A stretch of DNA of 64,000 nucleotides from Escherichia phage ALITA. Below, piece after piece: positions 1 to 7,368 of this stretch. The notes under the pieces are model-generated. The model had not been told where the DNA came from. It saw nothing but the letters and a program-made list of their open reading frames with translations, and searched no databases. The stretch lies in sequence record PP359570. One strand, 5' to 3'. A program made the translations under genes and the position numbers. Every line of letters starts with the position of its first letter. Within the stretch, counting starts at the first letter, position 1.

Positions 1-2
1 GA

Positions 3-152
3 GCAGCAGAACACTGGTTAGAAATTCTTGAAAAAATGGAGTCCTCTTTTAAAGATTCAACTCCACCGGAAGAAGTTAATGAAAAACAACGGCAAGAGCG
101 TTTAGAAGGTCGTATTTTGTTTGCTAAGTATTTCCATAATTTGTGGAGCTAA
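3..152 (+). CDS. hypothetical protein, C-terminal fragment (5' end outside window)
   Basis: Frame open from window edge to TAA at 150-152; same strand as following genes. Confidence 0.4.
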   Translation, partial: AAEHWLEILEKMESSFKDSTPPEEVNEKQRQERLEGRILFAKYFHNLWS

Positions 153-228
153 ACATATCTGGTAAAATCACTTATATGTTCTTAGTATACTTGTGTAAAG
201 AAGTTATCGGTCTAATTAAGGGGAAGAT

Positions 229-480
229 ATGATTCAGTTTCAAAAAGGTCAAAAGATGACAGTTCACAATGCAGAGGAAATGGAATTTGCACTTAAACTT
301 CTCGAAAATGCTGGGTTTGTGTGGATCAACGGTGGAGAGAAGCCTACAGCTTGGCTTCCACATGAGAAAATAGCCAACCACACCTTTCCTGATAGTATCA
401 ATTGGCATTCTGATGGTAAGATTTGCCGTGGAAGTTACCCAACAGGTGTTGAGTGGACTATTAAATTAGGAGGGCTTTAA
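229..480 (+). CDS. hypothetical protein
   Basis: 83-aa ORF, purine-rich RBS (aaggggaag) upstream, followed 1 nt later by next gene. Confidence 0.6.
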   Translation: MIQFQKGQKMTVHNAEEMEFALKLLENAGFVWINGGEKPTAWLPHEKIANHTFPDSINWHSDGKICRGSYPTGVEWTIKLGGL

Positions 481-481
481 T

Positions 482-820
482 ATGTTTAGTAAAGAAATGA
501 GAGAAGTAATTGCCACTTTGGTAGTTGATCATGGTGTTGAAGTTGAGCGTCACGTTTGGAACGATGAACCTCCTTTCTTCGATTTGGCATCACGAGCTAA
601 AAGTCATATGCACCTGCTGGAAGACGGTAATGAGTTTGTTCTCCGTATGCGTTATGATCGAGAGTTTCGAATTCCGCTTGACACTGAACCAGATGGTGTA
701 GTAATGTGGTTGGCAGAACATTTCGCATACGATGCACTACATGGAAGAAGTTTTGGTAATGAGCGTTGGGATGCCATTTGTCGTAAGCATAATATTGAAC
801 CAGAGTACGGGAGTATGTAA
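482..820 (+). CDS. hypothetical protein
   Basis: 112-aa ORF, head-to-tail packing, stop overlaps next start (TAATG). Confidence 0.65.
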   Translation: MFSKEMREVIATLVVDHGVEVERHVWNDEPPFFDLASRAKSHMHLLEDGNEFVLRMRYDREFRIPLDTEPDGVVMWLAEHFAYDALHGRSFGNERWDAICRKHNIEPEYGSM

Positions 821-1071
821 TGTTAAGTATCAAACCTAAAATGATAACGGAAGATGAAGCAGACTTTATTTTCAAATGTGGACGTGTATGGAGAGAATTC
901 ACAAAAGGAAATGAAGTGGTTGTTGTTGTCGAACACAAGATATCTATCCAGGATCTGTTTGGACAATATGTTGATGTTATTAAATTAGGTATTGACAAGG
1001 GTTTAGTTGAGGTGTTAACATTAGATCAAGTTGAAGCAGAGCACCTCGATAAAGTAGTGGTTGAATTTTAA
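820..1071 (+). CDS. hypothetical protein
   Basis: 83-aa ORF, start overlaps previous stop. Confidence 0.65.
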   Translation: MLSIKPKMITEDEADFIFKCGRVWREFTKGNEVVVVVEHKISIQDLFGQYVDVIKLGIDKGLVEVLTLDQVEAEHLDKVVVEF

Positions 1072-1091
1072 AATACAGACGGGAGAAAGGT

Positions 1092-1265
1092 ATGAGTTTC
1101 TTTGTTACAGTATTTATGGCTATCTGGATTGTAGTCTCACTCGTTCTTTTCCTGGTGGGTTGTCTGGAAGAGATTAAGAAAGCGGTTATTTGCGGTTTCT
1201 TTGGCTTTATTATCTCTCCTGCCTGGATGTGGTTCTTCATTATGATTGGTTTCCTTAAAAGGTAA
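1092..1265 (+). CDS. small membrane protein (57 aa, hand-called)
   Basis: GGGAGAAAGG RBS then ATG; two hydrophobic segments; fills gap between annotated ORFs. Confidence 0.5.
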   Translation: MSFFVTVFMAIWIVVSLVLFLVGCLEEIKKAVICGFFGFIISPAWMWFFIMIGFLKR

Positions 1266-1279
1266 GTGAGGAATAAAGA

Positions 1280-1717
1280 ATGAGTAAAACAAACGCAATT
1301 GCAGATAAAGCAACGGATGTACTTCTGAACATGGTTAACGTCACTATTCAAACAATGAGTGATGTTGTAGAGTTTGGAAAACAACAAATTCCAGAAGTAA
1401 TCCATCAATTATTAGTGTGGAAAGCAGTATCCGCAGGTTTATGGCAACTTTTTAGTATTTGCTTTATGTTTATTACTTTTATTGCTGTGCGGAACCTCGT
1501 AAAAGCAATTAAAGATAAAGAATGCCTGTGGTCACGAGATCGCTATGGTGAAGTATCTGCTTTACCTATTGTTGGTCTTGTTGTCTGTGCTTTCTTTTTC
1601 TTTTTAGGATTTGTTATTTTCTTTTCGAATTTTGATTGGCTAAAAATCATTATTGCACCAAAAGTGTATCTGATTGAATTTGCTGCTGATTTAATTCGTT
1701 CATCTCAACAAAAATAA
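1280..1717 (+). CDS. membrane protein
   Basis: 145-aa ORF, GAGGA RBS, two long hydrophobic helices (LWQLFSICFMFITFIAV; IVGLVVCAFFFFLGFVIFF). Confidence 0.65.
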   Translation: MSKTNAIADKATDVLLNMVNVTIQTMSDVVEFGKQQIPEVIHQLLVWKAVSAGLWQLFSICFMFITFIAVRNLVKAIKDKECLWSRDRYGEVSALPIVGLVVCAFFFFLGFVIFFSNFDWLKIIIAPKVYLIEFAADLIRSSQQK

Positions 1718-1728
1718 AAGGGGTTAAA

Positions 1729-2856
1729 ATGAAATACACGATTTATGGTGATATTGTAAGTGTAAATAAAGATATGGGCGTGGAATCTAACTATCTTCCA
1801 CCTGGATTCTATACTGTTAGTCGTGATCCCCTTGGCAATTATTTTTTAAGCCGTGGTAATCTAACAGGTGTACCGGATGTTTTGTATGGTGAAACAGAAA
1901 AACGAGCAAATCACGTTATCCGTACATTCCATCGCCGGAGTGCACAAGGTAAAAACACAGGCTTGCTTCTGACAGGAACTAAGGGCAGTGGTAAAACTAT
2001 GTTAGCCAAACTCATTAGTCGTGACCTTGTAGAAGAAGGTATTCCAACTATTATGGTTACTCAAGCCTACAGCGATGCTAATTTCATTGAACTTATTAGC
2101 AAGATCACCGACAAAGCAGTGATTATTTTTGACGAGTTTGATAAAGTATATGAGAAGAAACAAGATCAAGAAGCACTTCTCACTTTGTTAGATGGTACTG
2201 GGAGTGGTAATAAACTGTTTATTCTAACTAAAAACAGTGGTTTTATCTCTGAATTCTTTTTAAATCGTCCTAGTCGTGTGTTTTATAATTTTAATTATGA
2301 TAAAATCTCACTAGAAACTATGATTGACTATTTAGATAAAAACTTGGATAACAAAGCACACTTTGATAATTTCCAAAGGCTTTGGGATGTAAGTTTAGAG
2401 TTGTCCTTTGATGTGATCCAAGGTATAGTAGAAGAACTTAATTTCTACCCTGATTTATCCTTTAAAGAATGCATCTCTATGATGGGCGTTTCTTTGGGTG
2501 GTGGTAATAAATGGGATATCAGCAGCGTTGTTATTAATGGAAAACTTCAGAAAGTTAGCTGGGTATCTAGTTGGCATAACTTCACACCTGCAATCTTCTT
2601 AGGTGGCTCGTGCACACTAGACGTGTACTTGTCATCTCCAAGTGATGCAGACTCTAAAGAAGCCCTTGCTAATAGCTCTTACGTGGTTTTTGATGATGAA
2701 GGCGATGCTCGAATTCCATTGAATGCGACAAAAATGAAAGCAGATCTTATTACAGGCGGTAAAATCGTTGTGTTTAGTGATGATCCAGAAGATTCTTTCC
2801 GTATTGTTCTGGAACCAACTATCACCAATGGTGCAACTTTGGCAAGCGTGTTTTAA
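1729..2856 (+). CDS. AAA+ family ATPase
   Basis: Walker A LLLTGTKGSGKTMLAK, Walker B VIIFDEFDK, AAA-like spacing. Confidence 0.8.
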   Translation: MKYTIYGDIVSVNKDMGVESNYLPPGFYTVSRDPLGNYFLSRGNLTGVPDVLYGETEKRANHVIRTFHRRSAQGKNTGLLLTGTKGSGKTMLAKLISRDLVEEGIPTIMVTQAYSDANFIELISKITDKAVIIFDEFDKVYEKKQDQEALLTLLDGTGSGNKLFILTKNSGFISEFFLNRPSRVFYNFNYDKISLETMIDYLDKNLDNKAHFDNFQRLWDVSLELSFDVIQGIVEELNFYPDLSFKECISMMGVSLGGGNKWDISSVVINGKLQKVSWVSSWHNFTPAIFLGGSCTLDVYLSSPSDADSKEALANSSYVVFDDEGDARIPLNATKMKADLITGGKIVVFSDDPEDSFRIVLEPTITNGATLASVF

Positions 2857-2874
2857 GTAAGCCAGCAAATAAAA

Positions 2875-2896
2875 ACCCGCTTCGGCGGGTTTTCTT
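2875..2896 (+). terminator. intrinsic terminator ACCCGC-TTCG-GCGGGT + T-run
   Basis: Perfect 6-bp GC stem, UUCG tetraloop, tttctt tail right after stop of 1729..2856. Confidence 0.7.
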
Positions 2897-2930
2897 GTAT
2901 TGATACCAGATTTAATAAGAGGAGTAATAG

Positions 2931-4337
2931 ATGCCAGCACCAAAATCATGGGAACAATATAAAGAAGAATTAACACCCCTTGCTAAAAATCACAACATTC
3001 AGATTCTGGGTTATATTGGTGAATGGAAAGGGAGCAAGACTAAACTTAAGCTATCTTGCTCTGATCATGGGGAGTGGGAAAGTACCATAATCAATAGCTT
3101 TAAAACTAAAGGCGGTAAATGTTGCCCCGATTGCAATGGTCGTAGAAAAGTAACAGAAGAAAAGGAATGTATTTCCCTTGTTGATGTTGCTAAAGAAAGA
3201 GGGTTTACTTTTATAGGTCTTGCCGAAGAGTGGCGAGGTGTGCTAACAAAAATCCGCATAGTTTGCCCTAAACATGGAGAGTGGAACACCACGACCATTA
3301 GTGGTTTTAGGAAGGGACGTGGTTGTCCGGCATGTGCAAGTAATAAGCCGTTAACATGGGAAACAGAATTACCGATCTTGGAAGAGATAGCACAGAAGAA
3401 GGGGTATCAGGTGTTAGGGTACGTGGGAGAATGGAAAGGGATTGATACAAAACTTGATTTGTTGTGTCACTGTGGTAACAGATGGGATACTACAAGTATT
3501 AACAGTTTTAAACATGATCATGGTTGTCCTTTATGTGGGTATGAGAATACAAGGAAGGCACAAACAATACCCGACGATCAACATATTGCAGATTTCTTTT
3601 CTACAGGGAAATTTAAGGAAGGCACTATCTTTACCAATACAGGGAAACGTAGTTGTAGTAAAAACAAGGACATTATCTGGATGATCGAATGTCCTGTTTG
3701 CTCTCATGATGAGTATGTGCAAGCAGGTGTATGTGATGGTAAGTTTTATATGACACGTAGCGATCTTAAGGCTGGACACTTGCCCTGCCGCTGTGCAACT
3801 AACTCTCATTATACAGAAAATCAGATTACCTACAGGGTAAAAAAGGAAGTAGAAGGGAGAGGGTATGTCTGGGTAGGTTGGATCGGTAAACCGTCTATAA
3901 GACTGGGTAATTTTAAATATCTTTGTCTTGTTCATGGGGAACAAATTGGTAGTGCTTATCGCTTACTATATCAGGATAATGGTTGTCCACAATGTGCAGG
4001 TCATAGTCAGCAGCAATTGTATGTTAATGTTGTTAAAGATAATGGTATTATAGTTGCTCTTAAGTTTGGTATATCTAAAGATAGTGCTAGGAGATTAAAC
4101 ATTCAAAATAGGCGTAATATGTTTTTTATGGAGCGTATTTGTTTATATGATTTTAGTACAGTGAAGCAGTGTAAGGCTGCTGAAAGAGCTATAAAGAAAA
4201 AATTAAAAACTGGTATCTTAACAGCAAGAGAGTTGAAAGATGGTTATACAGAAACAGTAAGTGTTTCTGATTTGGAAAATCTTCAAAAAATTATTACACA
4301 ATATGGTGGCAAATTAGTATACAGTAAGGAGGTGTAA
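2931..4337 (+). CDS. multi-Zn-ribbon protein with C-terminal T5orf172/GIY-YIG-like domain (possible homing-type nuclease)
   Basis: 4-5 tandem ~50-aa repeats (xGYxGEWKGxxTKLxLxCxxHGEWxTTxxxF...GCPxC); C-terminus LKFGIS...ERAIKKKL resembles T5orf172. Confidence 0.55.
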   Translation: MPAPKSWEQYKEELTPLAKNHNIQILGYIGEWKGSKTKLKLSCSDHGEWESTIINSFKTKGGKCCPDCNGRRKVTEEKECISLVDVAKERGFTFIGLAEEWRGVLTKIRIVCPKHGEWNTTTISGFRKGRGCPACASNKPLTWETELPILEEIAQKKGYQVLGYVGEWKGIDTKLDLLCHCGNRWDTTSINSFKHDHGCPLCGYENTRKAQTIPDDQHIADFFSTGKFKEGTIFTNTGKRSCSKNKDIIWMIECPVCSHDEYVQAGVCDGKFYMTRSDLKAGHLPCRCATNSHYTENQITYRVKKEVEGRGYVWVGWIGKPSIRLGNFKYLCLVHGEQIGSAYRLLYQDNGCPQCAGHSQQQLYVNVVKDNGIIVALKFGISKDSARRLNIQNRRNMFFMERICLYDFSTVKQCKAAERAIKKKLKTGILTARELKDGYTETVSVSDLENLQKIITQYGGKLVYSKEV

Positions 4338-4889
4338 ATGCGGATTACTGATAAGTATGTGTTCTTCTTCTCGGCAAAAGATGAATTTAGCAACTGGTAT
4401 CTATCATCTTTTATTGAACCTTTAGCTCCCAAGTATAATAATTCTATTACAAGTTCTGTTGAATTTACTTGTGTGGAACAATATATGATGTGGAGAAAAG
4501 CATGTTTGTTTTATGATTACAGTATTGCATCTTCTATTTTAACCGGAGATCTAAGATATACAGGAGAAAAAGAACAAGCATATTATAAACGACTAGGCAG
4601 ATTAGTTAAAGATTATGATGAAGATACCTGGGCTTCTTTACGGGAGAAGATTGTCAAGCGTGGTTTGTATCTTAAATACACACAAAATGAAGATCTCAAA
4701 AATAAACTTATCGCTTACGCAGATAAGGAGTTCGTAGAGGCAAGCCCCTATGATTCTATTTATGGTATCAAAATGGGGATGTGGGATCGGGACGTGGAAA
4801 ATAAGGATTGTTGGAAAGGGCAAAATCTTTTAGGAAAATGGCATACAGACCTTGCTGTTTATCTAAAATCACAATCTGATATTTCCTGA
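4338..4889 (+). CDS. NADAR (YbiA/DUF1768) family protein
   Basis: VFFFSAKDEFSNWY and EFTCVEQYMMWRKA motifs typical of NADAR domain; start abuts previous stop. Confidence 0.75.
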   Translation: MRITDKYVFFFSAKDEFSNWYLSSFIEPLAPKYNNSITSSVEFTCVEQYMMWRKACLFYDYSIASSILTGDLRYTGEKEQAYYKRLGRLVKDYDEDTWASLREKIVKRGLYLKYTQNEDLKNKLIAYADKEFVEASPYDSIYGIKMGMWDRDVENKDCWKGQNLLGKWHTDLAVYLKSQSDIS

Positions 4890-5104
4890 TATTTTGAAAA
4901 TTTTTATTTTTATAAAAAGGGGTGTGGGTTTCATGTACGGAAATCCACCCTCTGAATAATATATCCAGAGTAAGTAGTATTCTGTACTCTGTTAATAAAG
5001 TATTTAATTTGTTTGTTGGATTATGGTGGCTGATCTTTAAAAGGCATACTATCTCTTAACTACTACTTATAACAAAACAGTAAAATCCTTTTTATAAAAG
5101 TACA

Positions 5105-5305
5105 AAATTATTTAAAGTTTTTACAGATTTTCGGGTACAAATTTTGAAAATGAAAAGTTCAAGTTTGGTCAAAATTATTTAAAGTTTTTGTACGTATTTC
5201 TGTCCAGATTTTGAAAATGAAAACTTCAATTTTTTAAAAATTCCCCAGTTTATTTAAAGTTTTTTTGCCTTTTTCCGTAGAAAAATCAAAAATGAAAAGT
5301 TCAAT
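5105..5305. repeat. three imperfect direct repeats (~67-75 bp iterons)
   Basis: Blocks TTATTTAAAGTTTTT (5108, 5175, 5249) and GAAAATGAAAAGTTCAA (5144, 5210, 5287) recur in the same order. Confidence 0.6.
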
Positions 5306-5327
5306 TTCGTGTTTTTATAGGTGTGTT

Positions 5328-5439
5328 AATGAGAATCATTTTCGTTTGTAAATGAGAATCATTATCATTTAACTATGTAAGTGATAATCATTCTCAGTAA
5401 GAGAATGAGAATCATTAGCAAATGAGAATTTTTCTCATT
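5328..5439. promoter_or_regulatory. array of five Fur-box-like operators (AATGAGAATCATT)
   Basis: 13-mers at 5328, 5351, 5380, 5404 and the perfect palindrome AATGAGAA-TTT-TTCTCATT at 5421-5439; the 19-mer ending at 5364 matches GATAATGATAATCATTATC at 16/19. Confidence 0.5.
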
Positions 5440-5674
5440 TACAGAATAACGCGCAGGGGCGGTGTTTGTCTCGCGCTCCCGTGTCCCCTCGCCATACAAT
5501 AAGAATAGCATAACCAATAACAAAAGCAAGCGATTATTTTTATCTTTACATTTCTTTACAAATTTATTTTAGACGAGCTACCGGCGATCAACCTTCCAAC
5601 CAGTGCCCCCTGGTATGTTAGCCCCGCCTTTACGCCGTGGGGTGGCGTTTCCTCTTCTGTATGTAAAACAGTAT

Positions 5675-5693
5675 AAGCCCGATCCCTGGGCTT
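5675..5693 (-). terminator. intrinsic terminator AAGCCC-N7-GGGCTT
   Basis: Hairpin 7 nt after stop of 5701..5967 on minus strand, followed by atactgtttt. Confidence 0.5.
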
Positions 5694-5700
5694 GTCAAGA

Positions 5701-5967
5701 TTATTTTTTGTTTTCTTGCCAGGATAGGACACCTAACCAAAAATACATGTCGCCCCGCGCCCCTGGTGGGATCTTGCTTTCCCCGCCGCCACTGCAAGCC
5801 CATAAATAACCATCAGCGAACGGATCAAAGTGATCTATCTCTTCCACCTTATGATCGCCCAGGTTGAGAACGGTTTCAACCTTTAAGCCCGTTGCGCTTG
5901 CTACCTGGTGCACCGTGCCGCCTTGCCAGCCCAGTGAGTGCATGAGATGTAAAGAAGTATTTGTCAT
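5701..5967 (-). CDS. hypothetical protein (only minus-strand gene of the island)
   Basis: 88-aa ORF with its own promoter/hairpin/purine leader upstream and a terminator downstream. Confidence 0.6.
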   Translation of the reverse strand: MTNTSLHLMHSLGWQGGTVHQVASATGLKVETVLNLGDHKVEEIDHFDPFADGYLWACSGGGESKIPPGARGDMYFWLGVLSWQENKK

Positions 5968-5989
5968 GGTATCGCCCTTTCTTTGTTGT

Positions 5990-6043
5990 GCGCCCTGGTT
6001 GGCGCGGTAGAAAGATGATAGCCGTTTCCTTCATATATAGCAA
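5990..6043 (-). promoter_or_regulatory. promoter + leader hairpin cassette (minus strand) for 5701..5967
   Basis: TTGCTA-N17-TATCAT, then GCGCC-AACCAG-GGCGC hairpin, then acaacaaagaaaggg leader before ATG. Confidence 0.5.
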
Positions 6044-6077
6044 GCAAAAAAGAAATGAAAAAAAGATTAAAAAATGG

Positions 6078-6106
6078 TTGACGTTCCTCACCTGGTAGCG
6101 TAGTAT
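6078..6106 (+). promoter_or_regulatory. sigma70-like promoter TTGACG-N17-TAGTAT
   Basis: Consensus-like hexamers, divergent from the minus-strand promoter at 6015-6043. Confidence 0.45.
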
Positions 6107-6233
6107 TCATCTTGTCGAGGGGGGCAAGACACAACGACAATAAACAATAGGCGGGTGCAATGCAAGACGGGCAAAGGTGAGGATCTCCACAATCCACCGT
6201 CACAATAACATTACTTATAAAAGGTTGATAACG

Positions 6234-6329
6234 ATGATCAAGAAAGAAAATAGCTTGACGGTTGGAACGATTAACGCTATCATTCTTGCCGTTCCATTTT
6301 GGATTGTAGTTGCGGTTATTATTTTCTAA
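6234..6329 (+). CDS. 31-aa hydrophobic peptide (hand-called)
   Basis: ATG..TAA, sequence MIKKENSLTVGTINAIILAVPFWIVVAVIIF; lies between promoters 6078 and 6340. Confidence 0.4.
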   Translation: MIKKENSLTVGTINAIILAVPFWIVVAVIIF

Positions 6330-6339
6330 AAAAATATTC

Positions 6340-6397
6340 TTGACAACGTTTTTTAATCTGATAAGATGTATCACATAGGGCGGCAATAGTGCCGCTC
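6340..6397 (+). promoter_or_regulatory. promoter/hairpin cassette C1 (serves 6420)
   Basis: TTGACA-N16-TAAGAT (TGn extended), cacATAG, hairpin GGCGGCA-ATAG-TGCCGC, leader cataacagaagagagaaataatc. Confidence 0.7.
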
Positions 6398-6419
6398 ATA
6401 ACAGAAGAGAGAAATAATC

Positions 6420-6692
6420 ATGGCATCATATAGCGCATCAATGATTGTAAAGGGTATCACTGGTAAACCTATGCGCGGTGGCGGATCTTTCGCTAACATC
6501 AATATTGATGGACGTTTATCCCTGGACGCAGCGATCACAGTGGCACGGGAAACATTTAAAAAAGAATGTAATTTCAATAAACAAGATTATCTCGGTTTTG
6601 CTATTGAAAAAACCGCGCGCTTTGTGGATTATAAAAGCCCGAAAATGATCGACACTACACTAAAAGCGCAAGATGTAGCGTTTTTGCTTTAA
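6420..6692 (+). CDS. hypothetical protein
   Basis: 90-aa ORF directly behind cassette C1. Confidence 0.7.
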   Translation: MASYSASMIVKGITGKPMRGGGSFANINIDGRLSLDAAITVARETFKKECNFNKQDYLGFAIEKTARFVDYKSPKMIDTTLKAQDVAFLL

Positions 6693-6705
6693 GACTTGAC
6701 ACTGA

Positions 6706-6756
6706 AAAATAATTTGATAATATATACCACATAAGGCGGGGAAATGGTTTCCCGCC
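6706..6756 (+). promoter_or_regulatory. promoter/hairpin cassette C2 (serves 6779)
   Basis: TTGACA-N16-TAATAT, hairpin GGCGGGGAAA-TGG-TTTCCCGCC, leader aaatcaaagaaaggg. Confidence 0.7.
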
Positions 6757-6778
6757 AAATCAAAGAAAGGGTAATGCA

Positions 6779-7141
6779 ATGAGCAAGCAAATCAATACTA
6801 TCATGTTTAATCTGGTATCTTTCCGCGATGACGTGAAAAACCTTTCGCGTGATGCAGTGGATGCACGGATCGAAAGCTATCGCACACAGATCGCAACGTT
6901 ACCGCTGAAACGTGATCAACATGCCGCTAATATGATGCTTGATGCTATGATTAAAAAGATGATTCAATGTGATCTTACCCTGGCTTATGAATATGCTGGC
7001 GATCTCTTTGTAACATATAGCAAGCCCGTTCCAGGTATGAGCACCACGGAAGAATTGCATGCCTTAAATCTGCGACAAGATGCATGGGATAACATGCGCC
7101 GTGTTATGGTATGGGTAGAAAGCGGTAAAATTTACGAATAA
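6779..7141 (+). CDS. hypothetical protein
   Basis: 120-aa ORF behind cassette C2. Confidence 0.7.
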   Translation: MSKQINTIMFNLVSFRDDVKNLSRDAVDARIESYRTQIATLPLKRDQHAANMMLDAMIKKMIQCDLTLAYEYAGDLFVTYSKPVPGMSTTEELHALNLRQDAWDNMRRVMVWVESGKIYE

Positions 7142-7147
7142 AAACGG

Positions 7148-7200
7148 TTGACATTGCACTAAAACCTGATAAGCTATCTTAAAGCGGGAATAGTTCCCGC
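7148..7200 (+). promoter_or_regulatory. promoter/hairpin cassette C3 (serves 7220)
   Basis: TTGACA-N16-TAAGCT, hairpin GCGGGAA-TAG-TTCCCGC. Confidence 0.65.
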
Positions 7201-7219
7201 TTACATAGGATAAAACTTT

Positions 7220-7366
7220 ATGAAACAATATGTAATGAGTATTCACACCAAAAACGGCGCTACTGTTACGACTCCGGCACGGTTTGCACTTGTAAACCGT
7301 TGCAAGAGACTAAAACGAGAGCTAAAAAACAACCGTGCAACGGGCTTTAAACGCTGGGGAGGATAA
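7220..7366 (+). CDS. 48-aa basic protein (hand-called)
   Basis: ATG 20 nt after hairpin C3; ends GGAGGATAA, which supplies the RBS for the next gene. Confidence 0.5.
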   Translation: MKQYVMSIHTKNGATVTTPARFALVNRCKRLKRELKNNRATGFKRWGG

Positions 7367-7368
7367 TC

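Noticed and set aside
597-1408. Minus-strand ORFs 597..998 and 980..1408
   Set aside because: They are antisense to tightly packed + strand genes with RBSs. They are Ile/Leu/Phe-rich shadow frames of AT-rich DNA.
5440-5700. tRNA or tRNA-like gene in the GC-rich non-coding patch, and similarly in 16000-17640
   Set aside because: I looked on both strands for a GTTC(G/A)A T-loop with flanking 5-bp stems and a matching acceptor stem and found none. Only generic hairpins are present. tRNAscan would be needed to be certain.
5603-5809. 68-aa Pro/Gly-rich + strand ORF
   Set aside because: It is the translation of GC-rich non-coding sequence plus the antisense of the 5701..5967 gene and its terminator. 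It has no RBS and low-complexity composition.
5964-6386. 140-aa minus-strand ORF (also 5876..6091, 6371..6577)
   Set aside because: It runs antisense through two consensus + strand promoters, a small + strand ORF and a cassette hairpin. It has no RBS. It is better explained as an accidental open frame in a regulatory region.
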